In this document: positions 26,921 through 40,322 of the stretch, in pieces
How positions within the stretch are numbered: position 1 is the stretch's first letter
How the letters are laid out: each line of letters begins with the position of its first letter
NCBI RefSeq assembly: GCF_009914755.1
Contig: NC_060925.1
Strand: one strand, 5' to 3'
DNA: 64,000 bases
From: the human T2T-CHM13v2.0 reference genome, Homo sapiens
Position numbers and translations under genes: made by a program
Notes under the pieces: generated by a model
The model's database searches: none
Told to the model about the DNA's origin: nothing
The model's input: the letters and a program-made list of their open reading frames with translations, nothing else

Positions 26921-29426
26921 TCACTGCTTCTCTCAAGGCACTCTCCCCCTCCAGGACCTAGAAACTAATAACTCCTTTTATCCTTTTAGGCCTAATACAG
27001 TTATTAGCCTCCAGTTACTGACCTATCCTTTGCCCATACCTTTCAAAATAGCCCTTCATTATTTTGAGAATGTTATTTCCTGTTGGGACCCTGTCTGATA
27101 CACCTGGTAAAGGTAGGTGATCTTTTCGATTTACAGGCTTCATATTTTATCCATGTACTTGAACCTTACTCTCATACATATAACCTTATATTCTTATGAG
27201 CCAACAGTTCTGAAGGGTCAACTGCTGGATTAAGTAGCAGAGAGTGACGCATACCTGTGTGGTTCTCATGGATGGGACAGTGACATCAAGGAGTTAAAAA
27301 CCTGAGAGACAATAATATCTCAGGCCCCTGTGACTTAGCCCCCAAAGAACCCAAGATGCTGAACAGCTTTTCAAGCTCTGTGACTGTGGAACCTTCTGTG
27401 ATTCAAGTCCCCAAAGCCTTACACAAACTGATGGAATCTGTCTGCTGGGGCCCTGGTTTCTCCATAACCTCCCAGGATGCCTCTGAGAAATCAGCTTAGA
27501 AATCCCTGAGGATGATGATGCTATCCTCCCGTTGGCACATTCTGGTTTTCCTAAAGACAAAAACTGAGCTAATGGTATGATTTTTTAAAAAAGAGTATTA
27601 GCAGATTCCTTGAGGTCATATTTATCCTTCTATTGTCAGGGATAATTTACTTTAATTCATCCTCTTAATTTATTATTCACTACTCTCTATCAGGGAGAGG
27701 TATCTGTATTAATGAACTGCATACTTGGTAGAAGTCTGCTTTATTTTGGGCAAATCATTTTCCCACAAAGCACTTAATTTAAATATATATATTTATACGG
27801 TACTTTACAAATCCCTGTTGCCATATGTTCTTTCCATTCCTTACCAAAAAAACAGCCTCAAAGATGTTGGTTGAATTGCCAAGGTCACATAGAAAACAAG
27901 AGGTAGAGACCCAGGACTGTTGCTCTCACTGCAACATAGTTACTTCTGTTAGCTCTGAGAGTTCAGTTTAGATACTCTTTGGCTAAAGAAGTCACCATAG
28001 TGATAAATACTAATAAAAGAACATATTTTATAATTAAACTACAACCAGGACTTTAACCTATAAATTACTGCTGCCTGCAAAGAATTACAAGATTAAATTT
28101 CCATTGTATATATCTCTCTTTTAGGTCTATATTTAAACCTTAGGATCATTTACCCTTTTTGTTTGTGACCACCTTCAAGGCAAGAACTATATTTGAGTTT
28201 TGTCCCTCAGAGGACTGTGAAAGGCTGCAGCCTTGAAACTTTTCCTTGTCCTTCAAAATTTCGGTTTGAAGAGGATAATGAAGTCAAGTGACTGGATTCT
28301 CTACTCCTTCCTTGCTTGCTTTCCTCCAGTATCTAGGAAACTAGCACTGGCCCCGAGGCACCTTGGTTTAAGTAAAGCACCCCATACGGGAAAAACTGAG
28401 ACCTAAAGGACCACTTCAACCTGGTGAAACAAGCGCCAAGCAAAAAGAGGTCAGACTCTGGAGGACAACCAAATTTGGCCAGACAAGCTTAACTGAAATG
28501 GAAATAATGTTCAGAGGGCATTAAAAAACCCTGGGGGTAAAATCTATAGGTGAAAATTATAAGGATACAAAGGGAAAGGGATTGCCTAGTGAAAGCAGAT
28601 CGCAAAGTTAGGAATAGGAATAGCCTATGCGTGAGTTTGAAGGAATTACTATCTCACAAGATACCATGCCTTCGCCTTTAGAAAGCGTTTTCACATTCTG
28701 GTACTTGAGCTTCTCAACCCCATTTTTCAGATGAACAAATGGAGGCTCCGGGCGGAGTTTTGACCAGTCATGATCACAAGTAATAAAGCGCGGAACTAGG
28801 AACAAGTTCAGGCTTCCCCAAATTGTTCTCAGCAGTTTCCCGCCGAGGACATTTAGGTAGCAAACGGGAAGGGGACTGGTGAGGCTTCCTTAGCAGCAAG
28901 AGTTGGCCCGACCCCCAGGCGGAGCCAGCGGGAGAATGTGGGGCTCGAACTGGGCGGACATTGCAGCCACGCGGGGGTGAAAAACCCGATTTGTAAATTC
29001 GCACCAGCTGCCGCCTGCGTTAGGCCTTAAAGCGTTGTTAGCGAGGGTGGTGGGCGGTGCAGGTGGTCCTGTTCGTCCCTCTCATTGGTGCCGGGGATAA
29101 CGGACAGGTATCCGCAGCCAGTCCCAACCGGAGCAAAGGGAGCTTCACGACAGCTACACGCTACCTGGTCCTGAGCGCGCGGAGCTTGAGCGCGGCGGCG
29201 GCTTCTTGGGGGGTGGCTAAGCGTGCGTGTGACGCCGCGCACGCTCTCGTCCCCCGTCCCGCTCCTTAAGTAAGAGCTGGGGGCAGACCCTTGCCTCCAA
29301 CAGGGACGAATACTTTGCTGTTTTTTGTAGCCTACCCCTCATGCAACCCAAAATCTGCCAGACAAATTCTCCTAAGGACAAGATTTTCTGATGTGGAACT
29401 TCAAGTAACGTACACTGCAGCTTCAT

Positions 29427-29432
29427 TTTATT
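29427..29432 (-). terminator. Probable SEMA6C poly(A) signal
   Basis: tttatt on + = AATAAA on -, ~750 nt after the stop, in an AT-rich gap in the CpG island. Confidence 0.7.
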
Positions 29433-30182
29433 TCTCAAAAAATTCCCTCCGCCGCCCCATCCCATAGACTAGGCCTTTAAGAAAGTCCCTCTTACCTCGA
29501 TCTGGAAACGAGCTCCGAGGGCCTTCCCCAGCCTCAACTAAACTTTACCGGGGTCCCCCTGGCCCTGGCTCACCTCGACACCGTTAATTCGCTCGTCTCC
29601 TTTAGGAAACCTTTCCAGACTGCCCCCCGGCGGGACCGCAGCCATCCCATTACCCGGGAGAGCCCAGGGCCCAGATGAAGGCAGAGAGCGAGGGCGCCCA
29701 GAGCGAGCCGACCGACTGCCGCCCTCCCCCGCCCGAGTGAAGTCAGGCAGTGGCTGCAGACACGGCTGTATTGGGAAGCGGAGGCTCCTACACAGTAGGA
29801 GAGGCACGTCCCAGACCCAGGAGGCCCGAGGACTCTGGACACAGCGCGCGCGGCCCGCCCGGGGCACAGTCTCTGGGGGAGCCCCGAGGGGCGAGTTAAG
29901 GCAGCTTGGCTGGAAGGGAGCGGGGAGTGGGAGTCCGCCAGCTCCCCCTGAAATGCTGGCTCACTGAGGAGACGGGCTTCTCACCTCCCACTCTTCTGTC
30001 GAGGACAGGGGGAAAGACAGTCAATAAATAAACCCGAGGCGAAAAGGGGCCTCGGGAGACTCTGCGAGTCGGGAAGGCTGGAGGTGCGGGGCGAGGGGGC
30101 GGTGAAACGTCCTGAAGAGCGTCCAGCTCGTGGCCGAGAGGACTCGGGCGCTCCCCACGCTGGAGGCCGTGGACCGCTCCCT

Positions 30183-31216
30183 TTAAAAGTTGAAACGGCC
30201 GCCGTTCGGGACGGCCTGGCGGGAGGAGGGCCCGACGAGGGGAGGCTTCAGGGACAACTGGGGCTTCTCGACGTCCACCCTTTTCAGGGCGCGGCCCCGG
30301 TAGCCCTCGGGCCGGCCCAGGTACAGGAGGTGCTTCCCGGGACCCCCGGAGTACCTGGAGGGACCTCCCGAGGGGACTCGAGTGAGCAGGGCAGGGGGGG
30401 CCCGGTGGCCGGAGAAAGGCAACCTCCGGCCTCCGCCGACGCCCAGCCGGGGAGCGGGGGCGGAGAGCGCGGGCCGGGCGGGGGCAGAGGCGCACCTGCC
30501 CTCGGGGGGCACGTCCAGCCTCAGCGGCGAGGCGCACTCGTGGGGCCTGGGGCTGGGGCCGCCCAAGAGGGCGGGGGCGGGCTCCGGCGGGAGCGCCCGC
30601 GAGGTTAAAGGGGCGGGGGGCTCGGCCCCCTTTCTGGGCGGCTGCGGGCCGTGCAGGTAGCGCAGCAGTTCCTCCAGGGTGGTGACTTCCACGGCCTGCC
30701 CGGGACAGCCGGGCGGCGGTGGCCTCACCAGCACGCGGGGCGCGGGCCCGCCCGCCGCGTGCCCGCCCCGTGAGCGGCCCGGACCCTCCTTGGCGTTGTT
30801 CCTGTTCTGGTTCCACTCCCAGGGGTCCCCGGCGGCGCGGAGGTGCTTGACCGGCAGCTCCGGCGTGGACTCGGGGGTGGGCAGGCAGGCCAGCTCCGGC
30901 GGGGGCACGCCCTCCGGAGGCGGCAGGAAGGTGGTGTAGAGCTGCGGCGTCTGCACCGCGTCCCCGTCCTTGGAGGGCGGCGGGGGCTCTGGGCCCCCAC
31001 CGTGGAGCCGGGCCAAACTGCGGAGGGAGAGAGGGCGCGGGAGCCCGGGAGTCTCGATGTCCTTGCCCCGACGTCGGTGGGCGCGGCGACAAGCACAGGA
31101 GACCAGGAGGCCAGAGACTGAGGCGCCCAGGGCAAAAGCTGCGGCCACACTGGCCAGGAGGAGTGGGATGGGGACGGAGCGGGAGGCCGAGGCTGGGGGC
31201 AGGTCCCGGCGCACGC
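30183..31216 (-). CDS. SEMA6C: SEMA6C last coding exon: transmembrane helix (IPLLLASVAAAFALGASVSGLLV) and Pro-rich cytoplasmic tail to ...GGRFNF*
   Basis: ggcag|GC acceptor; track ORF 30183..31214; class-6 semaphorin motif LPTPESTPELP. Confidence 0.96.
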
Positions 31217-31658
31217 CTGCCGACCGAGAGGGAGGAGGGAGGCTCAGCCAAGGGGAGGCGGTGCGGGGTACCTAGGCCCAGAGGCGCCGGCAGTTCCCAG
31301 GCCTGACATCATCGTCCCTCCCGCTGCTACTCAGCCTCACTCCTACAGCCTCCACCATCCTCAGGATTCACCTCTCCTGACTCCTCAGCATACAGCCCAC
31401 GCACTACCCCTCACACTCAGGCCAGAGCTTGGGCCTGGGGATTCCCCATCCCACTTCTGGCCCCTGTAGCCATGCCAAGAGCAACTGCCAAAAACTGCTC
31501 GTGCAGGAGAACTCGGGGCTGGGATGCCCAATTCTGGGGAAGGGAGGCTCCAAACAGGCGTTAGTGAGCACCAAACACCATTCAGTGAGGGGCTTAGAAC
31601 GCTCCGAGAATCAGCAGCCCCACACTTCACTCCTATCTCTCCCAAGTAGCCCCCTTAC

Positions 31659-31754
31659 CCCGAGTGTGAACTCCAAGAGTGGAAGACTGGGGCCGGGGGT
31701 GGGCATCACTGGGAGGACTGGGGGTCCCAGGGGAAGGGCCAGGACCCGGAAGCA
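31659..31754 (-). CDS. SEMA6C: SEMA6C 96-nt cassette exon (VLPGPGPSPGTPSPPSDAHPRPQSSTLGVHTR)
   Basis: ccag| acceptor, CGGG|gtaagg donor, phase 1/1, open in frame; raises 930 aa to 962 aa. Confidence 0.8.
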
Positions 31755-32099
31755 CTGGTGGCAGAGACCAGGTCAGAGCCAGTGAGGCTCTTGATCTCTA
31801 CCCCTGACACCCTTCCAGGGGTCCTTCCTCCCTCCTGTGGAACCCAGGAGTCCAGAACGCCAGCCTCTAGTTTCTTCTGGGCCTGGGGAAGGGCTCATCA
31901 TGCAGGACATTGATTTATTTGTTCAAAAAGTACCCTACTGTGTGCCAAGTACTGAGCTACATGCTGGGTATCTGGAGGATGCCGACCCTTTTCCGATACT
32001 CCCAGGGTATTCAGAATGCTGCTCTGCTGCTGCTACAGGACACACACTCAGGTATGTGGGCTGAGCAAGGGAAGGTGAGGTTGGGACAAGAGGACTCAC

Positions 32100-32144
32100 C
32101 ATAAGCAGAATCCCCAGGGCCAGACTGACTCCCAGTAGCTCCAT
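32100..32144 (-). CDS. SEMA6C: SEMA6C exon (DGATGSQSGPGDSAY)
   Basis: catag| ... |gtgagt, 45 nt, phase 1/1. Confidence 0.88.
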
Positions 32145-32318
32145 CTATGAAGAAGGGACAGGGTGAAGATGGGGGGAAAGAGAAGCTTCATGAAGAACTG
32201 ATGGGGTGACTGTGCCACAGAAGGAGAGAAGGACAAAAGGCCAAGCCTGGGATGGTGTCTGTGGCCATCATGGCCATGTGCAGCTTTGGCTGCAACAGCA
32301 GCTGCCTCTTCTGTTTAC

Positions 32319-32374
32319 CTTGGCAGTCACCATGCTCCATGGATTCCTGGTTCCCAGCCTGATCCACATCAGTC
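32319..32374 (-). CDS. SEMA6C: SEMA6C exon (TDVDQAGNQESMEHGDCQ)
   Basis: cctag| ... |gtaaac, 56 nt, phase 2/1. Confidence 0.9.
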
Positions 32375-32496
32375 CTAGGAGGAAAACGAAGTGGCTATAG
32401 AATTCTGTACGTTGTCCGTATCTCCCACTCTGGCCCTCAGCTTGTCTTATTGGTGGGGAATTTTATGCTCAGGAAACCCAAGGACCCATCACTTAC

Positions 32497-32574
32497 CCAC
32501 CAGATCCCCTGATATCCACACAGCCCCTGGAGCTATGCCATCCACAGTATGGGTCCTGAGAAGCCAAACAGCTC
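32497..32574 (-). CDS. SEMA6C: SEMA6C PSI-domain exon (SCLASQDPYCGWHSSRGCVDIRGSG)
   Basis: AG/GT boundaries, 78 nt; DPYCGW PSI signature. Confidence 0.95.
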
Positions 32575-32861
32575 CTAGGGAAAACGGAGGTGTGTGAGGC
32601 TGGATCCCTTTCTACTCCAGTCACTTTCCATTCTGCTGCCTTTTCCCACCCTGGCTTACAGGAGGCTCCCAGCCTCATTCTCTCCTGTCCACCTCAGTCT
32701 CTCCACACCCTGGTTGCTGCCCACCTTCAGAATGCTTGAGGTACCTAGGCACCCCACAGCCATCCCCTGTGTTTTCCTGCCACCCCAAAGACCTGTGTTT
32801 CTGTGCTCTTGCTGGCCCGGGGAGCTTGCCCACACAGGGCCTGGCCTCAGGCCCCTCTCAC

Positions 32862-33008
32862 CTCTGACAGGCCCCATGCCGGGCACACCGGCTGAGAGGG
32901 AGGTAGACAATACAGCCAGAAAAAGCCACAAAAAGCCTGTGACCCTCAGTGTCCAGCTCCAGCCCTATGATCCGTCGTGCTGTTTGGGCTGTCCGCTTCC
33001 CACTGCAC
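32862..33008 (-). CDS. SEMA6C: SEMA6C exon (CSGKRTAQ...LPLSRCARHGACQR)
   Basis: AG/GT boundaries, 147 nt, in frame. Confidence 0.93.
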
Positions 33009-33289
33009 CTAGGGTGAGGCCAGAAGGAACCAGAGATGGACAGATGAGGCTACCTTTTCCCTGAGTGAGTGGAAGAACAGAAAGCGGGGAGGCACACAAG
33101 CAACTGAGCACAACCCATGGAGCTGCCCCGCCCTACCACACTGTCCAGTCTTCTCGCCAAGCCTGTCTAGCCCAGAGCTCCCACCCTGCAAAAGCCAATG
33201 TTGATGTTTCCAACCTATTCCCGAATCTGCAGCTGCTACCTCCCATCCCCTCCCTGCTTTGCAGGGGGCCTGCCCTCCAAAGGCCTCAC

Positions 33290-33463
33290 CGGGCAGGGCT
33301 GTAGGCATCAATCTCTTCCAGGAGGATGGGCTCAGGTCCCCCGGATCGCCCACCTGGGGGCAGCACCTTCAGCACTGTCCCATCATTGGAGCCAAGGAAC
33401 ATGACTGTGATGTTACTGTGGGGACCAGCCATGCCATCCACAGCTACTTGGGTCAGTAGGGCC
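33290..33463 (-). CDS. SEMA6C: SEMA6C Sema-domain exon (ALLTQVAVDGMAGPHSNITVMFLGSNDGTVLK...LEEIDAYSPAR)
   Basis: AG/GT boundaries, 174 nt, in frame. Confidence 0.93.
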
Positions 33464-33709
33464 CTGGAGGAAAGGGCCTCAGGTCAGGGAACCTGTCTAG
33501 TGGAAACCTGAGCATTTCAGGGAGAGCCCAACTGCCTTGGTAGCTGTGCCTGTGCCCTTCCCCCAGGCCCCAGGGTTGCCTTCTTAGCTCTCTCCCTTCT
33601 ACTTTCACAAGTTCTTCCTCCCACCAATGCGGTTTACCTTGTTGGGTCAAAGAAAGAGGAGGGTGGCTGAGAACAGGGAGGCAGTGGTCAGTGTTTTTCA
33701 GCCCCATAC

Positions 33710-33862
33710 CTGCTAGTGAGAGTGAGTAGAGGCTGATGGGTGACAGGTGGTACAGCGGGGTCCAGCAGCGGGTGAGCCTTGATGAAGGTCAGGACATCAT
33801 CAGGGAGGTCTCGGGAAGAGGAGAACAAGGCAGCTCCCCCTACTCCTGCACAGGATCCTGGC
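33710..33862 (-). CDS. SEMA6C: SEMA6C Sema-domain exon (PGSCAG...LPDDVLTFIKAHPLLDPAVPP)
   Basis: AG/GT boundaries, 153 nt; semaphorin RPGxC and FIKxHPL motifs. Confidence 0.94.
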
Positions 33863-34146
33863 CTGGTGGGTGAATGGGAAGGGGCTGCCTTTGGACTGGG
33901 AGCTGGAGCTTAGTTAACCTCTGTGCCCCCTACTGCTCCCAAACCTGACTGGAAAGCCTTGCTCCCCCTCCACACAGACACTCGTAGCACTGTCCCCTTC
34001 CCTGCCGCAGCTCTTCGGCCCCACTGCCACCCCACTATAGCTCCCCACCCTGAGGCCTTGGACATCTCATTACCTCCTCACAATCCCATCTTGGGGGCAG
34101 ACGCTGCTTGCTTCTGCCCCCACAAAAACAACTCCATCCTGGGTAC

Positions 34147-34278
34147 CTGGGTGAGGGAACTCTGTCCTCAGACACAGGAGTCCAGGCCCCATCCAGACTC
34201 CTCTGCTCCTTGAACTTGCCCTCAAACCCACGCTCAATCTCATCCAGGTAGAAGGCGCAGACGGCAGAGCCAGGGATG
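34147..34278 (-). CDS. SEMA6C: SEMA6C Sema-domain exon ([25 protein letters not shown]...VPSPR)
   Basis: AG/GT boundaries, 132 nt; GSAVC motif. Confidence 0.95.
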
Positions 34279-34555
34279 CTGGAGGAGCCAGAAAAGATGC
34301 AGGATAGGTGCTGAAAGGAACTGCACAACTTCCCCCAGGAAGAAGTGGTGGCACCCTTCATACCACATTAAGAGATAGAGACTGAGGAGGTGGGGCAGCC
34401 ACTGGGTGCCACACTAGGAGAAAAAATGGCAACACAGCAAACTGGCTTTGTTCGGAGGTTCCCTTAACTGCCCCATCAGTAGGCTGTGAAAGGGGAGTTT
34501 GGAGGCTGGTGAGGCAGGGGACAGATTGGGTCACACTAGTCAGCCTAGTACCAAC

Positions 34556-34773
34556 CTATTGGTCTGGGTGGTGAAGACCCCAAAGAGAGCAGAGCGGCCA
34601 TGCAGGTTCACAGGCCCAGTCAAGGCCTGTAAAACATCAAAATAGAAAGTAGAGTCCCCAGGGACAGAGCAGTTGAGCCGAAGCTTCAGGAAGGATGTCC
34701 AGTGGCGGTCCAAGGCCCGAGGCGAGCCGCCCATGTCACGTTTACATACTCGGGCTACGCGGGAGAACTGCAC
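34556..34773 (-). CDS. SEMA6C: SEMA6C Sema-domain exon ([16 protein letters not shown]...[15 protein letters not shown])
   Basis: AG/GT boundaries, 218 nt; hallmark [13 protein letters not shown] and FLKxRLNCS. Confidence 0.97.
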
Positions 34774-34862
34774 CTAGGGGAGGAGAGTGGAGTAGACAAT
34801 GGTGAGACAGACCCACAGGGCCAGCTGCATGCAAGGAGTGTGGTGAGTTAAGAGCAGTAAGG

Positions 34863-35231
<369 letters not shown>

Positions 35232-35413
35232 TCAAGGGTGAGGGACAAGCAGGATGTGGGGTCAGAGGGCTTGGGGCTATTCCAAGTTGAGGGGTGAGAG
35301 TCCAGGGGATTGCTTTGTGGAGATTATGGTCAGGAGATCTCCTCCCACTCAGACTGGCTCCTCAGGATCCAGCAGAACCCTCCAGCTACCCACCCTGATG
35401 CCCACCTCCTTAC

Positions 35414-35502
35414 CCTCCCCAGCCGAGCATCCTCCACAGAGACCTCGCGGAAGAAGAAGTAGACATGGTCTCCATGCTCCAAGGCCTGGACAAAGTGTGG
35501 CT
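35414..35502 (-). CDS. SEMA6C: SEMA6C exon (EPHFVQALEHGDHVYFFFREVSVEDARLGR)
   Basis: AG/GT boundaries, 89 nt; VYFFFRE motif. Confidence 0.95.
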
Positions 35503-35688
35503 CTAAGATGGGGAATGACAGGAAAGGGTATAGAAGAGTATCTGTACCTGCTCAGAAGCTCCTGGCCCCACACCGCTCTCCCCATTGCATACATACACAC
35601 TACCACACCATTTGCCTGCTCCCCGCCACAGTCCTCCCTCTGTGCCTCCTCCCCAATAACAGTCTCCTTTCCCCAGGCCCGCCCTGAC

Positions 35689-35808
35689 CTCGGAGCCACT
35701 TGGAGTCATACTTGGCGGAGCGGAGTGGGGGCTGGGGCCCAAGGCTTCTGTAAACTACAGCATCACTGGCCTGGAAATCCGCAGCTGTGGCTGAGTACAG
35801 GCTGCCCT
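35689..35808 (-). CDS. SEMA6C: SEMA6C exon (GSLYSATAADFQASDAVVYRSLG...KYDSKWLR)
   Basis: AG/GT boundaries, 120 nt, phase 1/1. Confidence 0.94.
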
Positions 35809-36018
35809 CTGGAGGGATGGGTGGAGTGGGGTCAGGGGAGGGCTCAGGGATCTGTATCCTGCCTCTTCTTGGGCCTCCTGCACCCCTACCTAGGCCTGGC
35901 CCTGGTCCCTACCTCAACCCTCCACTCAGGGGAATGGGGGAAAGACCCACTGGGAGAGGAGCTAAGGTGGGAGCTCCCTCCAGCCACATGCTTTCTTCTC
36001 ACATGCCCAGTTGCACAC

Positions 36019-36109
36019 CTGCAAAGATGGCCACGTTGGACTGGGTGGCATCAAAGGGGCATCGAGCCTGCCCACTCAGTTCCTCACCCTCCTGCTGCAG
36101 CGAAGTTAT
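36019..36109 (-). CDS. SEMA6C: SEMA6C exon (ITSLQQEGEELSGQARCPFDATQSNVAIFA)
   Basis: AG/GT boundaries, 91 nt; GxARCPFD motif. Confidence 0.94.
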
Positions 36110-36332
36110 CTGAGGGCAGAGGGAGCAGATGCCTGGAACCTTTAGGGTCTTGGAGTCTGGCTCCATAGCCTATTCCCTCCTGTCCCGTTGCCTCCTCCCC
36201 AACCCCTCTGGACCCTTGCATTCTGGGCACTCCCATTCCCCAACCGCAGTCCTTGGTCCTTTCCCATCAAACCCATTGCCCATCTTGGGGTCCCCCCAAC
36301 TCCCATCCTAACCCCCACCCTCTCTTTTGTAC

Positions 36333-36434
36333 CCCATAGCTGCGGCACACAGGGCTGAATGAGTTCGTTCCACAGGCAAGGAGCGTCTGGGAGTCCCAGG
36401 GAACAAGAACACGAATATAGTTGTAGCACTCATC
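36333..36434 (-). CDS. SEMA6C: SEMA6C exon (DECYNYIRVLVPWDSQTLLACGTNSFSPVCRSYG)
   Basis: AG/GT boundaries, 102 nt; ECxNYIRVL and CGTN motifs. Confidence 0.95.
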
Positions 36435-36437
36435 CTA

Positions 36438-36938
<501 letters not shown>

Positions 36939-37127
36939 TCACTTTTCTTTTTTGTGAGGCATGTAAGAGAAACTGAAAATCAGGAATTCTCTTTCCTTCT
37001 CATTTTCCCCTGTGGCCTGGGATGGAAAAAGTGTGAAGGAAATTGGGCATAGTAGAGGACCAGTTGGACAGAGACTGGGGGCAGAGTAATCCTCTCCTTC
37101 CCTCCACATTCTCGTCTCACTCCTTAC

Positions 37128-37184
37128 CGTCAGCTTTCCCCGTACAGCACAGTTCTCCACATCTTGGCTTCTCCATGTTAGATA
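37128..37184 (-). CDS. SEMA6C: SEMA6C exon (YLTWRSQDVENCAVRGKLT)
   Basis: AG/GT boundaries, 57 nt, phase 0/0. Confidence 0.9.
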
Positions 37185-37340
37185 CTGAAGGGATAAGTTG
37201 AAGAGGGAAAATCATGGGCAACTGGGTTCCCTCCTCACATTATGGCTCCTTTTAGATTCTTCTTCCCACCCACCTGACCCACATTAGACCTTTCCCAGCC
37301 TCATCTCCACGTCTGCACCTCTTCCCACACAGCCCCTCAC

Positions 37341-37404
37341 CTTGTTGGGCACCAGCCCCTCCCCTTCTTCTTCGGCTTGAAGATCGAAGGAGAAAACGTG
37401 ATCC
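37341..37404 (-). CDS. SEMA6C: SEMA6C exon (DHVFSFDLQAEEEGEGLVPNK)
   Basis: AG/GT boundaries, 64 nt. Confidence 0.9.
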
Positions 37405-37678
37405 CTGAGGGGGTAGGTAAGGAGGGGTCAGAGCCTAGTCAAGGCACCCCACTTTACCCACAGTCAGCTGTTCAGGGACAAACAGTGCAGACCTTCTGGC
37501 CCTCCCCTTCCCCCTTCCTCCATGCCTTGGCATTTGTGCTCTGGGTCCAAGCATGTCCACACCCCGTGGCTTGTGCACCTGCATGTGTCCCCTGCAAGAT
37601 GCTACAGTGGCCATACAGGTCCCAAGTCTGCCCAGGAGCATGCATGTCTGCCCCACAACTGTGCCACGGCCAGTTTAC

Positions 37679-37793
37679 CGGGCAGCCACTAGCAAGGTCC
37701 GGTTCAAGGTCAGGAATCTCTGAAAGTCCAGCCCAAGTTCTGCAGCCACAGCATCATCCTCCAGGCCCCGAAACCAGGATAATGGGGAAGTAC
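37679..37793 (-). CDS. SEMA6C: SEMA6C exon (GTSPLSWFRGLEDDAVAAELGLDFQRFLTLNRTLLVAAR)
   Basis: AG/GT boundaries, 115 nt. Confidence 0.93.
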
Positions 37794-37929
37794 CTTGAGG
37801 ACACAGAGAGATAGGATTCTGAGGATACCACAAACTTCCCCAACACCCTCTCCAACCAGATGAAACCCAGCAGTGGACACAGTGGATGTGTGAGGTTAGA
37901 GTGCCCAAAAGCTATTCTTAATACCAATA

Positions 37930-39990
<2,061 letters not shown>

Positions 39991-40204
39991 CACACGATGC
40001 TGCCTCTAAGTGAAGAAACCAGGCCCAGGGATGAGAAGCAGCTGGCAGGAGGTGTCAGCTCACTCTACCTGTTTCCTTCTTTTTGCTGGTCTGGCTGTTA
40101 GCTTCCTTGAGGCTGGGAGCCTTCCTGCACCTTGCCTCCCACACAGGGGGTCTCAGTCTCTAATTGTTCACAGAGATGGGGCAAGGTAGGTACTGGGCAC
40201 TCAC

Positions 40205-40322
40205 CTTGAAGGTCAGAGATCAACAGAGGGAGGGGGTCCTGGGGAAAGGCGGCCTGAGTATGGGGAAGTGAGAGCAGCAGCAGCAGTAGCAGCAAGGGCA
40301 TGAAGTGGGGGGCACGGGGCAT
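40205..40322 (-). CDS. SEMA6C: SEMA6C first coding exon with signal peptide (MPRAPHFMPLLLLLLLLSLPHTQAAFPQDPLPLLISDLQ)
   Basis: aggATGc start; poly-Leu signal peptide; CAAG|gtgagt donor; acceptor tttcag| places exon start at 40376. Confidence 0.95.

Larger units (their letters stand above)
28780..31310. promoter_or_regulatory. CpG island over the SEMA6C last exon and extending past its 3' end
   Basis: High GC with abundant undepleted CpG; Alu-free. Confidence 0.85.

Noticed and set aside
30084-31275. Several plus-strand ORFs (79-174 aa) over the SEMA6C last exon
   Set aside because: Stop-codon scarcity in very GC-rich DNA; mostly GTG/TTG starts and no recognisable domain.
35254-36168. 304-aa plus-strand ORF antisense to SEMA6C
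   Set aside because: Crosses three SEMA6C exons and their introns on the opposite strand, has low-information composition and no promoter or poly(A) support; most likely chance.
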